A DNA stretch of 64,000 bases from an uncultured bacterium (GCA_903870365.1 CAIQCQ010000038.1:7478-71477); one strand, 5' to 3'. Positions 38,260 through 48,357 are shown, counted from the first letter of the stretch. Numbers and translations are program-made. The notes: a model not told the origin generated them from the letters alone.

Positions 38260-38377
38260 TAAACAAAGGACTCTGAGTAATCAGAGTTCTTTTTGTATGG
38301 TATGTGAATTGTTCGTCATTCCCGTCTGCATGGGAATGACAGAGGGGAACAAACTGATATTGTGCTAAAATACCGGG

Positions 38378-38869
38378 ATGAAAGAATCCATTACCAGTGC
38401 AGAGGCAATGAAAGGTTTCGCTGATAAATTTTTGTCACGTATACAACCGCGGGGTAAGACGGCTACTGTGGTGGGTCTGTATGGTGACCTTGGTGCAGGT
38501 AAGACGACATTTACTCAAGCTGTAGCTGAGGCACTAGGCATTACAGAGTCTGTAGTTAGTCCGACGTTTGTTATAATGAAAAGGTATGAGATAAGAGATA
38601 TGAGACACGAGATACGAGAGGAAAAATCAAACGTAAATCAAATCTCAAATCTCATTTCTCATTTCTCAACATTATTTCACATTGATGCGTACCGTTTGGA
38701 GAAAAGTTCTGAACTTCTCAATCTTGGTTGGTCTGATATTATTTCTCATCCCGAGAATTTGATTTTGATCGAGTGGCCAGAGCGGGTGGCGGATGTGATG
38801 CCAGAGCATATTAAAATTAATTTTACTCATGTGTCAGAGAATGAGCGGGAAGTGGAAATAATAGATTAA
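38378..38869 (+). CDS. tsaE: tRNA t6A biosynthesis ATPase TsaE with in-frame repeat insert
   Basis: GDLGAGKTTF, VSPTF, HIDAYRL, LIEWPE. Confidence 0.95.
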   Translation: MKESITSAEAMKGFADKFLSRIQPRGKTATVVGLYGDLGAGKTTFTQAVAEALGITESVVSPTFVIMKRYEIRDMRHEIREEKSNVNQISNLISHFSTLFHIDAYRLEKSSELLNLGWSDIISHPENLILIEWPERVADVMPEHIKINFTHVSENEREVEIID

Positions 38870-38893
38870 TTTCGAAATTCAAAATTTATAACC

Positions 38894-41278
38894 ATGTCTG
38901 AAAAAAAAATTAAAAAAGAAAAAGGAGGTGGTAAGCCAAAAACATTGGTACTGCTCGATGCTCACGCTATTCTCCATCGAGCCTATCACGCTCTACCGGA
39001 CTTCCGTTCGACTACTGGTGAGCCGACGGGGGCACTGTACGGCTTTTGTACGTTTCTTATGAAGATGATCAAGGATCTCAAACCTGACTATGTAGCAGGT
39101 TGTTATGACTTGCCAGAGCCGACCCTACGTCACGAGGTCTATGCTGACTACAAAGGTACGCGTAAAGAAACCGACCAGGATCTCAAGGTTCAGTTAGAGC
39201 GTTCAAAAGATATTTGTCGAGCCTTTAATATACCGATATATTCATCGCCAGGCTTTGAAGCAGACGATATGTTGGGGACTATTGTGGAACAGACAAAGAA
39301 TGACAAACATCTACATATCATTATCGCGTCTGGTGATATGGATACCATGCAGTTGGTCCGAGGTGATGAAGTCCAAGTATATACTTTAAAAAAGGGTATT
39401 AAAGAAACTATTGTCTATGATGAGTTGGCTGTGCTCGAACGTTTTGGTTTTGGTCCAAAACTCTTGCCAGATTATAAAGGTCTCCGGGGTGATGCATCGG
39501 ATAACATTATCGGTATTTCTGGTATTGGTGAAAAGACCGCAGAAATTTTAATTAAAACATTTGGCACGATTGAGGAGATGTATAAGAAACTTGAAGCTGG
39601 AAGCTGGAATCTTGATGAAGCAAAAAAGATAGGAATAACAAAGGGAATATTAGAAAAGTTGAAGAATGGAAAAGAGGAAGCATTATTTTCTAAAATGCTC
39701 GCTACTATTCGTCGGGATGCCCCTGTACATTTTGTGATTCCAGAACAAGAGTGGATTGAATCTGTCGATCAAGAAAAAGTTTTGAAGTTTTTGTCTGATT
39801 TGGATTTTCGATCACTCAAAGCCAAGGTCTCAGAAGTTTTTAATTTTACCAATACAGAAGAGACAGTGGATATCTCACCAGCTGACTTAAAAGAGGTCCA
39901 AATAATGTTCTGGGTTATTGATTCAAATAAAACCGATCCGTCACTCGATGATATCTTGGCCTTTACTAAAACATCGGATGTGATCAGTGCCAAAGAGAAA
40001 CTGTTGCATATGATACACGATCAGGGAATTGATGATATTTGGCAGACCATTGAAAAACCACTCATGCCGATTATTGAAGACATGCAAACAGTGGGTGTGA
40101 AGGTGGATAGGGGGGTGCTGGCACAGTTGTCAGAAATTGATCATAAAAAGTTGGCTACATTGGAAAAAGAAATCTGGGCTATGGCTGGGACGGAGTTTAA
40201 TATTGCTTCACCAAAACAGCTTGGAGTGGTCTTGTTTGAAACACTTGGACTTGGTGGTAAAAACCAAAAGAAAACATCGACTGGCGGCTTTTCAACAAAA
40301 GAGTCTGAACTAGAAAAACTGAAAGACGTCCACCCGATCGCTGGTAAGATATTAGAGTACCGTGAATTAGCTAAACTTCTCGGTACATACATCGATGCTA
40401 TTCCAAAACTACTCGATGACCAGTCGCGGGTGCACAGTACCTTTTATCAAAATGGTTCAGCGACCGGACGTATGTCCAGTGAAAACCCAAACTTGCAGAA
40501 CATACCGATCAAGAGTGAGCTCGGTCGTGAGATCCGTACGGCGTTCATTGCGGATAAGGGTAATGTCTTGTTGTCATTTGATTATTCACAAATTGAACTT
40601 CGCATTGCTGCTTTTTTATCTGGTGATAAAAAATTGATTGAAATCTTCAAACAAGGCAAAGATATTCACACTGCTGTGGCGAGCCAGATGTTTGGTATTG
40701 AGGAGGAGGACGTAACCAAAGAAATGCGTCGCCGAGCCAAGACTATCAACTTTGGAGTGATGTACGGTATGGGCGTGTTGGCACTCAAAGCCAACCTTGG
40801 CGTGTCACGCGAAGAGGCTCAGGAATTTTTGGACGGTTACTTTAATACCTATGCAGGGTTGGCTGAATACTTGGAAGACGTCAAACATGAAGCGCGACAA
40901 AAAGGCTATACTGAAACTTTTTTCGGTCGTCGCCGATATTTTCCAGATCTACATTCAAAACTACCATTTATAAAAGCCGCAGCCGAGCGTATGGCTATCA
41001 ATGCACCAATACAGGGGACAGAGGCAGATATTGTGAAGTTGGCCATGGTACAGATTCACGAATATTTGAAAAAAGAAAAGTTGGATAAAGATGTCCGACT
41101 GACAATGCAAGTGCATGATGAATTAGTCTATGAAGTAAAATCAACACTAGCAGAAAAAATTGTACCAAAAATTCGTGAGATTATGGAGAGTGTTATTGAT
41201 CCAAAAGATACGTCGGGTGTTGTTTGTGTGGCGGAAGCGTCTATCGGTGATAATTGGAACAGTATGAGAGAACTATAA
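38894..41278 (+). CDS. polA: DNA polymerase I (3'-5' exonuclease region reduced)
   Basis: 5'-3' exo (HRAYHA, FEADD, LRGDASDNI); Pol A motifs TGRMSSENPNLQNIP, DYSQIELR, AKTINFG, QVHDEL. Confidence 0.97.
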   Translation: MSEKKIKKEKGGGKPKTLVLLDAHAILHRAYHALPDFRSTTGEPTGALYGFCTFLMKMIKDLKPDYVAGCYDLPEPTLRHEVYADYKGTRKETDQDLKVQLERSKDICRAFNIPIYSSPGFEADDMLGTIVEQTKNDKHLHIIIASGDMDTMQLVRGDEVQVYTLKKGIKETIVYDELAVLERFGFGPKLLPDYKGLRGDASDNIIGISGIGEKTAEILIKTFGTIEEMYKKLEAGSWNLDEAKKIGITKGILEKLKNGKEEALFSKMLATIRRDAPVHFVIPEQEWIESVDQEKVLKFLSDLDFRSLKAKVSEVFNFTNTEETVDISPADLKEVQIMFWVIDSNKTDPSLDDILAFTKTSDVISAKEKLLHMIHDQGIDDIWQTIEKPLMPIIEDMQTVGVKVDRGVLAQLSEIDHKKLATLEKEIWAMAGTEFNIASPKQLGVVLFETLGLGGKNQKKTSTGGFSTKESELEKLKDVHPIAGKILEYRELAKLLGTYIDAIPKLLDDQSRVHSTFYQNGSATGRMSSENPNLQNIPIKSELGREIRTAFIADKGNVLLSFDYSQIELRIAAFLSGDKKLIEIFKQGKDIHTAVASQMFGIEEEDVTKEMRRRAKTINFGVMYGMGVLALKANLGVSREEAQEFLDGYFNTYAGLAEYLEDVKHEARQKGYTETFFGRRRYFPDLHSKLPFIKAAAERMAINAPIQGTEADIVKLAMVQIHEYLKKEKLDKDVRLTMQVHDELVYEVKSTLAEKIVPKIREIMESVIDPKDTSGVVCVAEASIGDNWNSMREL

Positions 41279-41329
41279 AAAATGACCCAAACCTTTTAAG
41301 GTCTGGATCATTGTTTGTTTGAATTGGTT

Positions 41330-41674
41330 TTAGATTTCTCTAAAACCTGCTGGAATAGCTGCTCGTGCCACTATTTCTGGTTGAGCACTTTGATATGAAA
41401 ATCTGAATTCTACCTTTGCAACTTCAACAAAAAAACTGTCTGGAATACGAGATTGTAAACTTAGTAACTCATCCAAAATTTCTTTTGTTTTTTCTCGTGC
41501 TTCTGATTCTGTCTCAGCCATGAATGTTTCGTTGATGACTGTTTCTCTCAAACTCGTGTGATCTGGCTCACCCCTTTCCGAGTCTTTTTCAAGAAAGCCG
41601 ATTGAACCAATGATATAGAATTTAGTCACGTTTCCTCCCAAGTCATTTTTAGCAAATGGTTGTATAATAGTCAA
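41330..41674 (-). CDS. Hypothetical protein
   Basis: 114-aa ORF, start uncertain (possibly GTG near 41629). Confidence 0.45.
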   Translation of the reverse strand: MTIIQPFAKNDLGGNVTKFYIIGSIGFLEKDSERGEPDHTSLRETVINETFMAETESEAREKTKEILDELLSLQSRIPDSFFVEVAKVEFRFSYQSAQPEIVARAAIPAGFREI

Positions 41675-41680
41675 ACTTTA

Positions 41681-42394
41681 ATGTATTACTTTCTCCACGG
41701 AAAAAATAATAAGGAGGCACGAAAGAAACTCAAGTCGTTGACAGAGATTTTGCATAGCAAACGACCAGATTCAGAAATTTTTCGTATACATGATGAAAAC
41801 TGGAGCGATGCCCAGTTTGATGAGCTGCTCGTGGCCCAAGGACTATTTGATCAAAAGTATATTATCGTTCTTGACTCATTATTTGATGATGCAGCTGTCA
41901 AAGAACGAATATTGGATCGAGCCAAAGATATGAAAGAATCAGAAAATGTCTTTCTTGTTTTGGAAGGTGATACGGATAAAAAGACTCTCGACAAGATTTC
42001 TAAACATGCCGACAAAGTTCAAGAATTTGATGGTGATGTGGTAAAAGTTGAGCGGTTTAATACCTTTGGACTGGCAGATGCATTTGGTCGAAGAGATAAA
42101 AAAAGTTTGTGGGTTGGGTACCTTCAGGCGATCGACCTCGGTATTTCGCCGGAAGAGATTTGTGGTGTACTCTTTTGGCAGATTAAAAGTATTATCTTGG
42201 CCATGAAGACAAACTCAAGTAAAGAATCAAAACTCTCGCCGTATGTCGACAGTAAGGCACGAGGCTTTGCTAAAAATTTTACTATAGGAGAAATATCAAA
42301 TTATGCACATGCACTGGTCGAAGCTACACAGGCTGTGCGTCAGGGTGAGGGGGAGATGGAAGTGCTATTGGAAAGGATTGTCTTGAATGTATGA
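41681..42394 (+). CDS. holA: DNA polymerase III delta subunit-like
   Basis: MYYFLHG, QGLFDQKYIIVL, FGLADAF, GVLFWQ; typical HolA layout. Confidence 0.75.
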   Translation: MYYFLHGKNNKEARKKLKSLTEILHSKRPDSEIFRIHDENWSDAQFDELLVAQGLFDQKYIIVLDSLFDDAAVKERILDRAKDMKESENVFLVLEGDTDKKTLDKISKHADKVQEFDGDVVKVERFNTFGLADAFGRRDKKSLWVGYLQAIDLGISPEEICGVLFWQIKSIILAMKTNSSKESKLSPYVDSKARGFAKNFTIGEISNYAHALVEATQAVRQGEGEMEVLLERIVLNV

Positions 42395-42455
42395 TATATA
42401 TACATTGTGTATTTCAAAAAAAACAACTTTTTTACAAGTTGTTTTTTTTGAAATG

Positions 42456-42638
42456 TTATGCGCGTCGGTGTTCTTGCTCGTATGACTCACTGGAGCCACC
42501 CCAGAGTCCAAGGATAAGAGTGAGTGCTCCTATGCCACCAAATGTCCACACGAGAGTTGTATCAATAGAACTAGCAACAGCAATAGAAATAATTATCAAG
42601 CAAAGTCCAAGAAGTGCGTTTACGTAATTTTGCCACAT
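42456..42638 (-). CDS. Small two-TM membrane protein (SPW-repeat-like)
   Basis: MWQNYVNALLGLCLII...LILGLWG. Confidence 0.55.
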   Translation of the reverse strand: MWQNYVNALLGLCLIIISIAVASSIDTTLVWTFGGIGALTLILGLWGGSSESYEQEHRRA

Positions 42639-43042
42639 ATATGTTGGGTTAGTTTTTTTGATAAACAAATCATTAATGACTAAAATATACAAGAAATATA
42701 TAAGAACAGAATCTTTTCTATTACAAAATCGTGCTAAAAAAGTTGAGACTAGGGCGACCAACTCCCCAGTCGGAACCCGTATTATGGATACTAATATATA
42801 ATTTTAGAACGTAAAAAATCAATTATCTTGGTGGATATTCTGTGCATAAGATGTGTATTTCGTGGGGGCGTGTGGGGAGAGTGAGGTACCAATATTTTTG
42901 AAGTGGATTCTGTGGATGTTTATTCGTTTTGTTGTGGTCATGCATAGTTTTCTGTTGAAAACTTGCACGACCCTGACTCGCGCCGTCGCGCTCCGTCTCG
43001 CACACGTAAACAAAAACAGCATACCAATGCTGTTTTTAAATC

Positions 43043-43212
43043 GTGTGCGCCCAGCAAGGTGATCTCCCTCGAATTTTCAAAATCGTCATTTTGAAAATTC
43101 TGGGCACCAGATTGGCGACAAACTCTACTGATTTCGTATACCGCCAATCTGTTCGATCCCTAACACAAAGCTTTGCTTTGTTCTGGTGCCACAAAATTCC
43201 TTTGAAATTTTG
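43043..43212 (-). ncRNA. tRNA-Lys 3' trailer element
   Basis: Colinear homology with the element after tRNA-Arg; antisense and direct copies of the tRNA-Lys 3' end. Confidence 0.6.
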
Positions 43213-43285
43213 TGCGCCCAGCAGGGATCGAACCTGCGACCTTGTCCTTAAAAGGGACCTGCTCTACCGACTGAGCTATAGGCGC
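43213..43285 (-). tRNA. tRNA-Lys(UUU)
   Basis: gcgccta/tgggcgc acceptor, loop ctTTTaa, T arm gcagg-ttcgatc-cctgc. Confidence 0.95.
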
Positions 43286-43368
43286 GTATAAGACAAAATA
43301 TATCAGAAAAACAGAAAAAGTCCAACAAAATATAGATGGTTTTCGATATTGGTAAAAAAATCGAACCC

Positions 43369-43719
43369 CTACAGAGGATAGTCCAAAGCAAAAGAACCAG
43401 GACCGAGGAAGAGGAGGGCGAGGGCGACGACACATGCAAGAGCGAGGATTATTTTTTCAGATTGATTTTCCACCTTTTTATCCATGATATATTCAAAACC
43501 AAGGAGGGCGATCACAGCAAGGAGTGCTCCTTGGGTGTAGAGACCCAGGAGAATCATGAAGCCTACTACAAACTCAAGGCCAGCAAATTGAATATGTTTT
43601 TTCTGCCATTGTACACGTCCGGCACGTAATACAACCCACACAACAAGTAGTCGGAGTACGAGGTAGGCGAGAAGGGGGTATGAGAGAAGATTGGGAAATA
43701 ATGCGAGTGGGTGTAACAT
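43369..43719 (-). CDS. DoxX-like membrane protein
   Basis: LEFVVGFMILLGLYTQ, LFLGPGSFALD. Confidence 0.75.
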   Translation of the reverse strand: MLHPLALFPNLLSYPLLAYLVLRLLVVWVVLRAGRVQWQKKHIQFAGLEFVVGFMILLGLYTQGALLAVIALLGFEYIMDKKVENQSEKIILALACVVALALLFLGPGSFALDYPL

Positions 43720-43769
43720 CTCTCTATACTACTATTGATTTTGTTTGATGACAATGCGACTATGGGCAC

Positions 43770-44243
43770 ATGATACAAGATACTCGAGTTATTCTCCATA
43801 ATATCCGCAGCACGCACAATGTGGGGTCGATATTCCGGACGGCAGATGCGGCGGGTGTATCACATATATACATCTCTGGATATACCCCGACACCAATTGA
43901 CAAATTTGGACGAAAACAAAAAGATATTGCCAAGACGGCACTTGGGGCAGAGGATAGTGTGCATTGGGAATATATTGAAAATCTCACTAAATATATTGCT
44001 CATTTGAAAAAAGACGGTTATACAATTGTGGCTGTTGAACAAAGTAAAAAGTCAGTTGATTATAAGACGGTTGTTTTGAGAGATAAGTCCGTAGTCATTG
44101 TGGGGAATGAAGTGTTGGGTATGTCACCAACTCTCCTCAAGCAGTGTGACGTGGTAGCAGAGATACCAATGCGAGGCAAGAAAGAGTCTCTCAATGTGTC
44201 AGTGGCTTTTGGTATTGCTTTGTTTCGGATGCTCGGGATATGA
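43770..44243 (+). CDS. SpoU/TrmH family RNA methyltransferase
   Basis: NIRSTHNVGSIFRTAD, VGNEVLG, IPMRGKKESLNVSVA. Confidence 0.93.
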   Translation: MIQDTRVILHNIRSTHNVGSIFRTADAAGVSHIYISGYTPTPIDKFGRKQKDIAKTALGAEDSVHWEYIENLTKYIAHLKKDGYTIVAVEQSKKSVDYKTVVLRDKSVVIVGNEVLGMSPTLLKQCDVVAEIPMRGKKESLNVSVAFGIALFRMLGI

Positions 44244-44531
44244 TGAGGATAGAGGTGTTCTTGTGTTATCGTCGAATGCTGTAGATAGATCGTTGGGCTT
44301 GAGAACAAGTGTTGGCCGGTATGGGCCAAAGACTGAAGAGTCTTTGCAGGCACCGCCGGTGATAGAGTCAGCACCAAAGAGGTGGCGGAAACTGGCTTCA
44401 GTGAAGCTAGGAGTAAAAGTTCCTGAAGTTAATAAAACTCGGGAAATAATAAAAAAATCAGGAAGAGCAGATCGAGGAAAAATGGAAAGGAGAATTGATG
44501 TATAAGCGAGACAGAAATGTCTCGCTTTTTC

Positions 44532-45353
44532 CTAGCGTGCAATCGTTTGTACAGACTTGCCGGTGTTGTCGATGAGGGTGACGGACTCTCGTTCTACATT
44601 CCATAATGTACTATCACGATTGAGATAGACATACCATTTTTTTGGTGAATAGAAATCACTATCTTTTTTATGAAGATCAACGCAACCTTGGTAGGTGAGT
44701 GTGGTAGAGAAAAACTGCTGGCATTGGCTGGTATAGGTATTATCGAGTGCTTGTGAATGTATGCTACATGCAGCTGTTTGGTCTATGAGATCGAGACAGT
44801 TATTGTTGATGGGTGATTTGGTTATACCTACACTTTCTTGTTGGGGTGTGGGGCATTGGGTGTATAAACCTGGAGTAAACGTATTGGTCTGTGATAAATA
44901 TCCAGAACAAATATTTGCGCGTATGCCATAGCCTATGGGTGATCTGCCAGTGATAATGTAGGCTTGTTCACCAGGATAGAGCAGTACGTCATCTTGGTCA
45001 TTTGTAAATTGGGCTGAGTAGAGGTTTGTACTATGAGTGATGGTCACGTCTTGATGTGTATCATTGTTGTGGATTTTCCATCCAGTGATGTCTATCGGGT
45101 TTTGTCCATTGTTGATGACCTCGACGTATTCTTGATTTGGGTTGTTAGAAAAAGAACCCCAGCTAAAATACGTAGTATTTGTATATGATGAAGCTGGTGG
45201 TGGTGTGTTTGTTGTTGTGGCAACAGTGGATTGAGGAGGAGCTAAAAGAGCAAAATTTTGGAGACCAAAAATATTGGCGTTTTTAGCACCACCAAAGAGA
45301 GCGATTGCGATGATGCCACCGAGTACTACTATTGGAAATAAAAAATCATCCAT
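44532..45353 (-). CDS. Membrane-anchored lamin-tail-domain-like protein
   Basis: EYVEVINNGQNPIDITGWKI, LWN...VTLIDNTGK. Confidence 0.65.
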   Translation of the reverse strand: MDDFLFPIVVLGGIIAIALFGGAKNANIFGLQNFALLAPPQSTVATTTNTPPPASSYTNTTYFSWGSFSNNPNQEYVEVINNGQNPIDITGWKIHNNDTHQDVTITHSTNLYSAQFTNDQDDVLLYPGEQAYIITGRSPIGYGIRANICSGYLSQTNTFTPGLYTQCPTPQQESVGITKSPINNNCLDLIDQTAACSIHSQALDNTYTSQCQQFFSTTLTYQGCVDLHKKDSDFYSPKKWYVYLNRDSTLWNVERESVTLIDNTGKSVQTIAR

Positions 45354-45360
45354 AATATAG

Positions 45361-45480
45361 AATGTTCATATTTGGCGCCCCGCGTTGTTGCTCGCCGATA
45401 AGAATTCTCCATCGTAGCTATAGTACGCCTACGAATTCTTATCTAGCTCGCGCCTAGCAGGGCATCCAAATCTGAGCATT
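45361..45480. repeat. Dispersed modular hairpin copy (minus orientation)
   Basis: Reverse complement: tttggatg..taggcg..attcgtaggcgta-ctatagc-tacgatggagaat..caacaac..cgccaaa. Confidence 0.8.
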
Positions 45481-45500
45481 CTATTAATGATATATTATTC

Positions 45501-46466
45501 TTACTGTTGATGCACGGAACAAAAGTGTGTGGATCGTCCACCGATGATTTTGCGAAGAATAACGCCAGAGCATCCACGCTTTTGACATGTCTTGCCGGTC
45601 TGGCGGTATGCTCGGTGCGAGTTTTGATAACCACCACGCTCACCATGAATGTTGCGGTAATCTGACATTGAGTCGCCACCGACGGTAATGGAGTGGGAGA
45701 GGATGCGACGGGCGTGCCAGAGGATATTGCGCACGTCTTTGTCAGATAGTTTTTTGACTTGTCGTTCGGGGTGGATGCCAGAGGCCCAGAGGATTTCGTC
45801 AGAGTAAATGTTGCCAATACCGGCGATGATTGTTTGGTCCATCAAGACTGTTTTGATTTTACCAGCAGGTTTTTTGGACAAGCGATCTTTGAGGATGTTC
45901 CACGTGATACTGAGGTCATTGGCTTCTGGACCTAGAGTGGTGATGTCGGCGTGGTCACGAAGGATACCAGTTTCTACCAGAGTGACTTTGGCAAATTTGC
46001 GCATGTCGGAGAAAGCGAGGGATTTGCCGTTGTCGAATTGGATGAGAAAGTGGATGAATTGATTAAAGGGATCAGATAAGTGCTTATCCGAGCTTATCCA
46101 CTCATAATTACGCTCTGATGTTTTTGTTTTCTTAGCATCCTCCTTAATTTCTAATTTCGAATTTCTAATTTCTAATCTTTCATATTTTCCATAGAGTAAA
46201 TGGCCAGTCATTTTCATATGTATCAACACTGTTTTATTGCCAGACAGGTGTATTAGCACATTTTTTCCTCGCCGCTCGGCCGAGACAAATTTTTTCCCGG
46301 TAATTTCTTTTTGAAAACGTTCAAAAAATGTTTTGTTTTTAATAGTGTCCGTCCGTTTGTTTTTGGTGTTCACAAAATAGTCCGTCCAGACTAGAGCGAC
46401 GGTGTGATTTTTCAGAACTTTGTTCAGACCATTGACGGTCGTTTGGACTTCGGGTAACTCTGGCAT
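45501..46466 (-). CDS. mutM: Formamidopyrimidine-DNA glycosylase with in-frame repeat insert
   Basis: MPELPEV, RRGK, HMKMTG, DMRKF, GIGNIYSDE, zinc finger. Confidence 0.96.
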   Translation of the reverse strand: MPELPEVQTTVNGLNKVLKNHTVALVWTDYFVNTKNKRTDTIKNKTFFERFQKEITGKKFVSAERRGKNVLIHLSGNKTVLIHMKMTGHLLYGKYERLEIRNSKLEIKEDAKKTKTSERNYEWISSDKHLSDPFNQFIHFLIQFDNGKSLAFSDMRKFAKVTLVETGILRDHADITTLGPEANDLSITWNILKDRLSKKPAGKIKTVLMDQTIIAGIGNIYSDEILWASGIHPERQVKKLSDKDVRNILWHARRILSHSITVGGDSMSDYRNIHGERGGYQNSHRAYRQTGKTCQKRGCSGVILRKIIGGRSTHFCSVHQQ

Positions 46467-47024
46467 TTATTTATTTAAATTCTTCAACGTAGCACGAACT
46501 TTTTCTTCTGTTGTAGTGCCAGAGACCTTTTTCAAAGCTTCACGAGATTCTTTTTCAGAGTAGCCGAGGGCTTTGAGTGCCTCGAGCGCATCACTGTCGT
46601 GTGACTCGAGTTTACCGTCAAAGACATAATCACCAATTTTATCTTTCAGTTCGAGGACGATTTTTTCTGCATTTTTCTTACCGATGCCGGAGACTTTGGT
46701 CAGGTGAGAGCTGTCTTCGGTAGAGATGGCCGTTTTCAGTGTTGATATAGAGGCGACAGAGAGTATCGCCATAGCAGACTTGGGGCCGATACCAGAGACA
46801 GTCAGGAGGAGTTCAAAAAATTCGAGCTCTTGCCTCGTCACAAAACCATAGAGGTCGAGAGCGTTTTCCCGAACAGCGAGGTGTGTGAAAAACTCCTTTT
46901 CTTGATTCGTTTTTGTATCAAGCGAACCACCATTGGTAAAGACTTTGTATCCAACACCGTTTACATCGAGCAAAATACTCTTGATGTCATTGTGAATGAT
47001 TTTTCCGCGGAGGTAGCCGATCAT
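46467..47024 (-). CDS. ruvA: Holliday junction DNA-binding protein RuvA
   Basis: MIGYLRG, GVGY, LYGF, VSGIGPKSA, GIGKKNAEKIVLEL, ALKALGY; start ATG 47024. Confidence 0.96.
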   Translation of the reverse strand: MIGYLRGKIIHNDIKSILLDVNGVGYKVFTNGGSLDTKTNQEKEFFTHLAVRENALDLYGFVTRQELEFFELLLTVSGIGPKSAMAILSVASISTLKTAISTEDSSHLTKVSGIGKKNAEKIVLELKDKIGDYVFDGKLESHDSDALEALKALGYSEKESREALKKVSGTTTEEKVRATLKNLNK

Positions 47025-47220
47025 GCCTGTATCATACGCTAATTTTTGGAAACGAAAAAGCCGCAACATAAATTATATGTACGGACTGTTTTTTCGCATT
47101 TTTATATGCATTTGAGATACTTCTAATGGTATAGAATTTTCTCATTTTTGTACTATAGATTAGCAATCTTTGTGACAAGACTGTTTCTCTGTATTGCAAC
47201 TACTCCAACAACTATTTGTA

Positions 47221-47886
47221 TCAGCGATACTTCTGGATAAAATCCAAGAGGTCACCGAGAGGGATTTTGGTATCCCAGATCGACTTCTGAGCAGGAACTG
47301 GGGCGAGTACAGGCTGAGGAATAAACCATGGGCGCAGGTCTTGTTGTATCGTTGGTTCAGGCAATTTCACCAGTGTAGCATAATACTTTGCGACAGATAA
47401 ATCCTTGCTTGTGACAGCTAGAAATATCCTTTGACTAGTTCCACTACCAAGAAAAGTTAGTGTGATGATGGTACCACCACCCAGCCAATTATGCCATGTT
47501 AAGGCATAGCGAAGTGCCAGGTCTCTTTTACAGAGAATTTGTTTCGGTAGGGGCCCATCAGGATTTGAGGCTTGGTGTAAATTGAGAGCGTTATTCCAAC
47601 TTTTGTCTAACATTCCTTGAATGTTATGAAATTGTCGAAAAAACTTTTTGCACAAAGGACCCTTTTTTTGTAACCAACCTTCGACCACAACCTTGAGTTT
47701 GTTTGGGTGGAAGGCATTGCCAAGGGGATTAACTACCTGGCAAAAAAGCAACAATGCTTCAGCAGCTGTGGTATCCAACTGTTTAAACGTACCGTAACTA
47801 TACCGCATAGACGTAGAACTCCTTTTTGTTGGGGTTGCCAACGAACTGTCCGGTGATACGTTACCATGATATAAAATATAAGTCAA
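47221..47886 (-). CDS. Hypothetical protein
   Basis: Long ORF filling the gap, no recognisable motif; start uncertain. Confidence 0.45.
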   Translation of the reverse strand: MTYILYHGNVSPDSSLATPTKRSSTSMRYSYGTFKQLDTTAAEALLLFCQVVNPLGNAFHPNKLKVVVEGWLQKKGPLCKKFFRQFHNIQGMLDKSWNNALNLHQASNPDGPLPKQILCKRDLALRYALTWHNWLGGGTIITLTFLGSGTSQRIFLAVTSKDLSVAKYYATLVKLPEPTIQQDLRPWFIPQPVLAPVPAQKSIWDTKIPLGDLLDFIQKYR

Positions 47887-47990
47887 GAAGTGTGCCTGTT
47901 GTCAAACAGAGTTTTTTCTGCTATTGTCTCTTTGTTTCAAATTACATATTATTCTAGATTCTTACTTCAAGACTCTAGCGTCTATCCAAC

Positions 47991-48254
47991 ATGCCAATAA
48001 CAACATCAGCTAAAAAAGCTCTCCGCGGATCAAAACGCAAGCGAGTATTTAATATAAAGAAAAAGGACCAAGTGTCTAAGGTGGTAAAACAGTTCAAGAA
48101 ACTTGTTGCTGACAAAGATATCAAAGGTGCAGAAAAGATGTTTCCTCAGCTCCAGAAAGCTCTTGATAAGGCAACAAAAACAGGATTATTGAAGAAAAAC
48201 ACTAGTTCACGAAAGAAAGAACGATTCTCTGCTATGGTAAAGAAAGGGAAGTAA
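47991..48254 (+). CDS. rpsT: 30S ribosomal protein S20
   Basis: MPITTSAKKALR, LDKATKTGLLKKNTSSRKK. Confidence 0.95.
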   Translation: MPITTSAKKALRGSKRKRVFNIKKKDQVSKVVKQFKKLVADKDIKGAEKMFPQLQKALDKATKTGLLKKNTSSRKKERFSAMVKKGK

Positions 48255-48291
48255 GACAGAGAAGCGAGAAGCTCGAGACTTGAAGTTTCTA

Positions 48292-48319
48292 CAAAAAATC
48301 CGGCGGGAGCCGGATTTTT
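48292..48319. terminator. Bidirectional intrinsic terminator
   Basis: aaaaaatccggc-ggga-gccggatttttt. Confidence 0.85.
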
Positions 48320-48357
48320 TGTTTTATTATGAAAACCTAACGGTAAATAAAGCTGTA

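Noticed and set aside
42750..42790. GC-rich stretch as tRNA fragment or SRP RNA
   Set aside because: Could not fold a cloverleaf or find the SRP domain IV motif by eye.
44194..44505. 103-aa ORF after the SpoU gene
   Set aside because: Overlaps the methyltransferase end and has no convincing start or motif; coding status unresolved.
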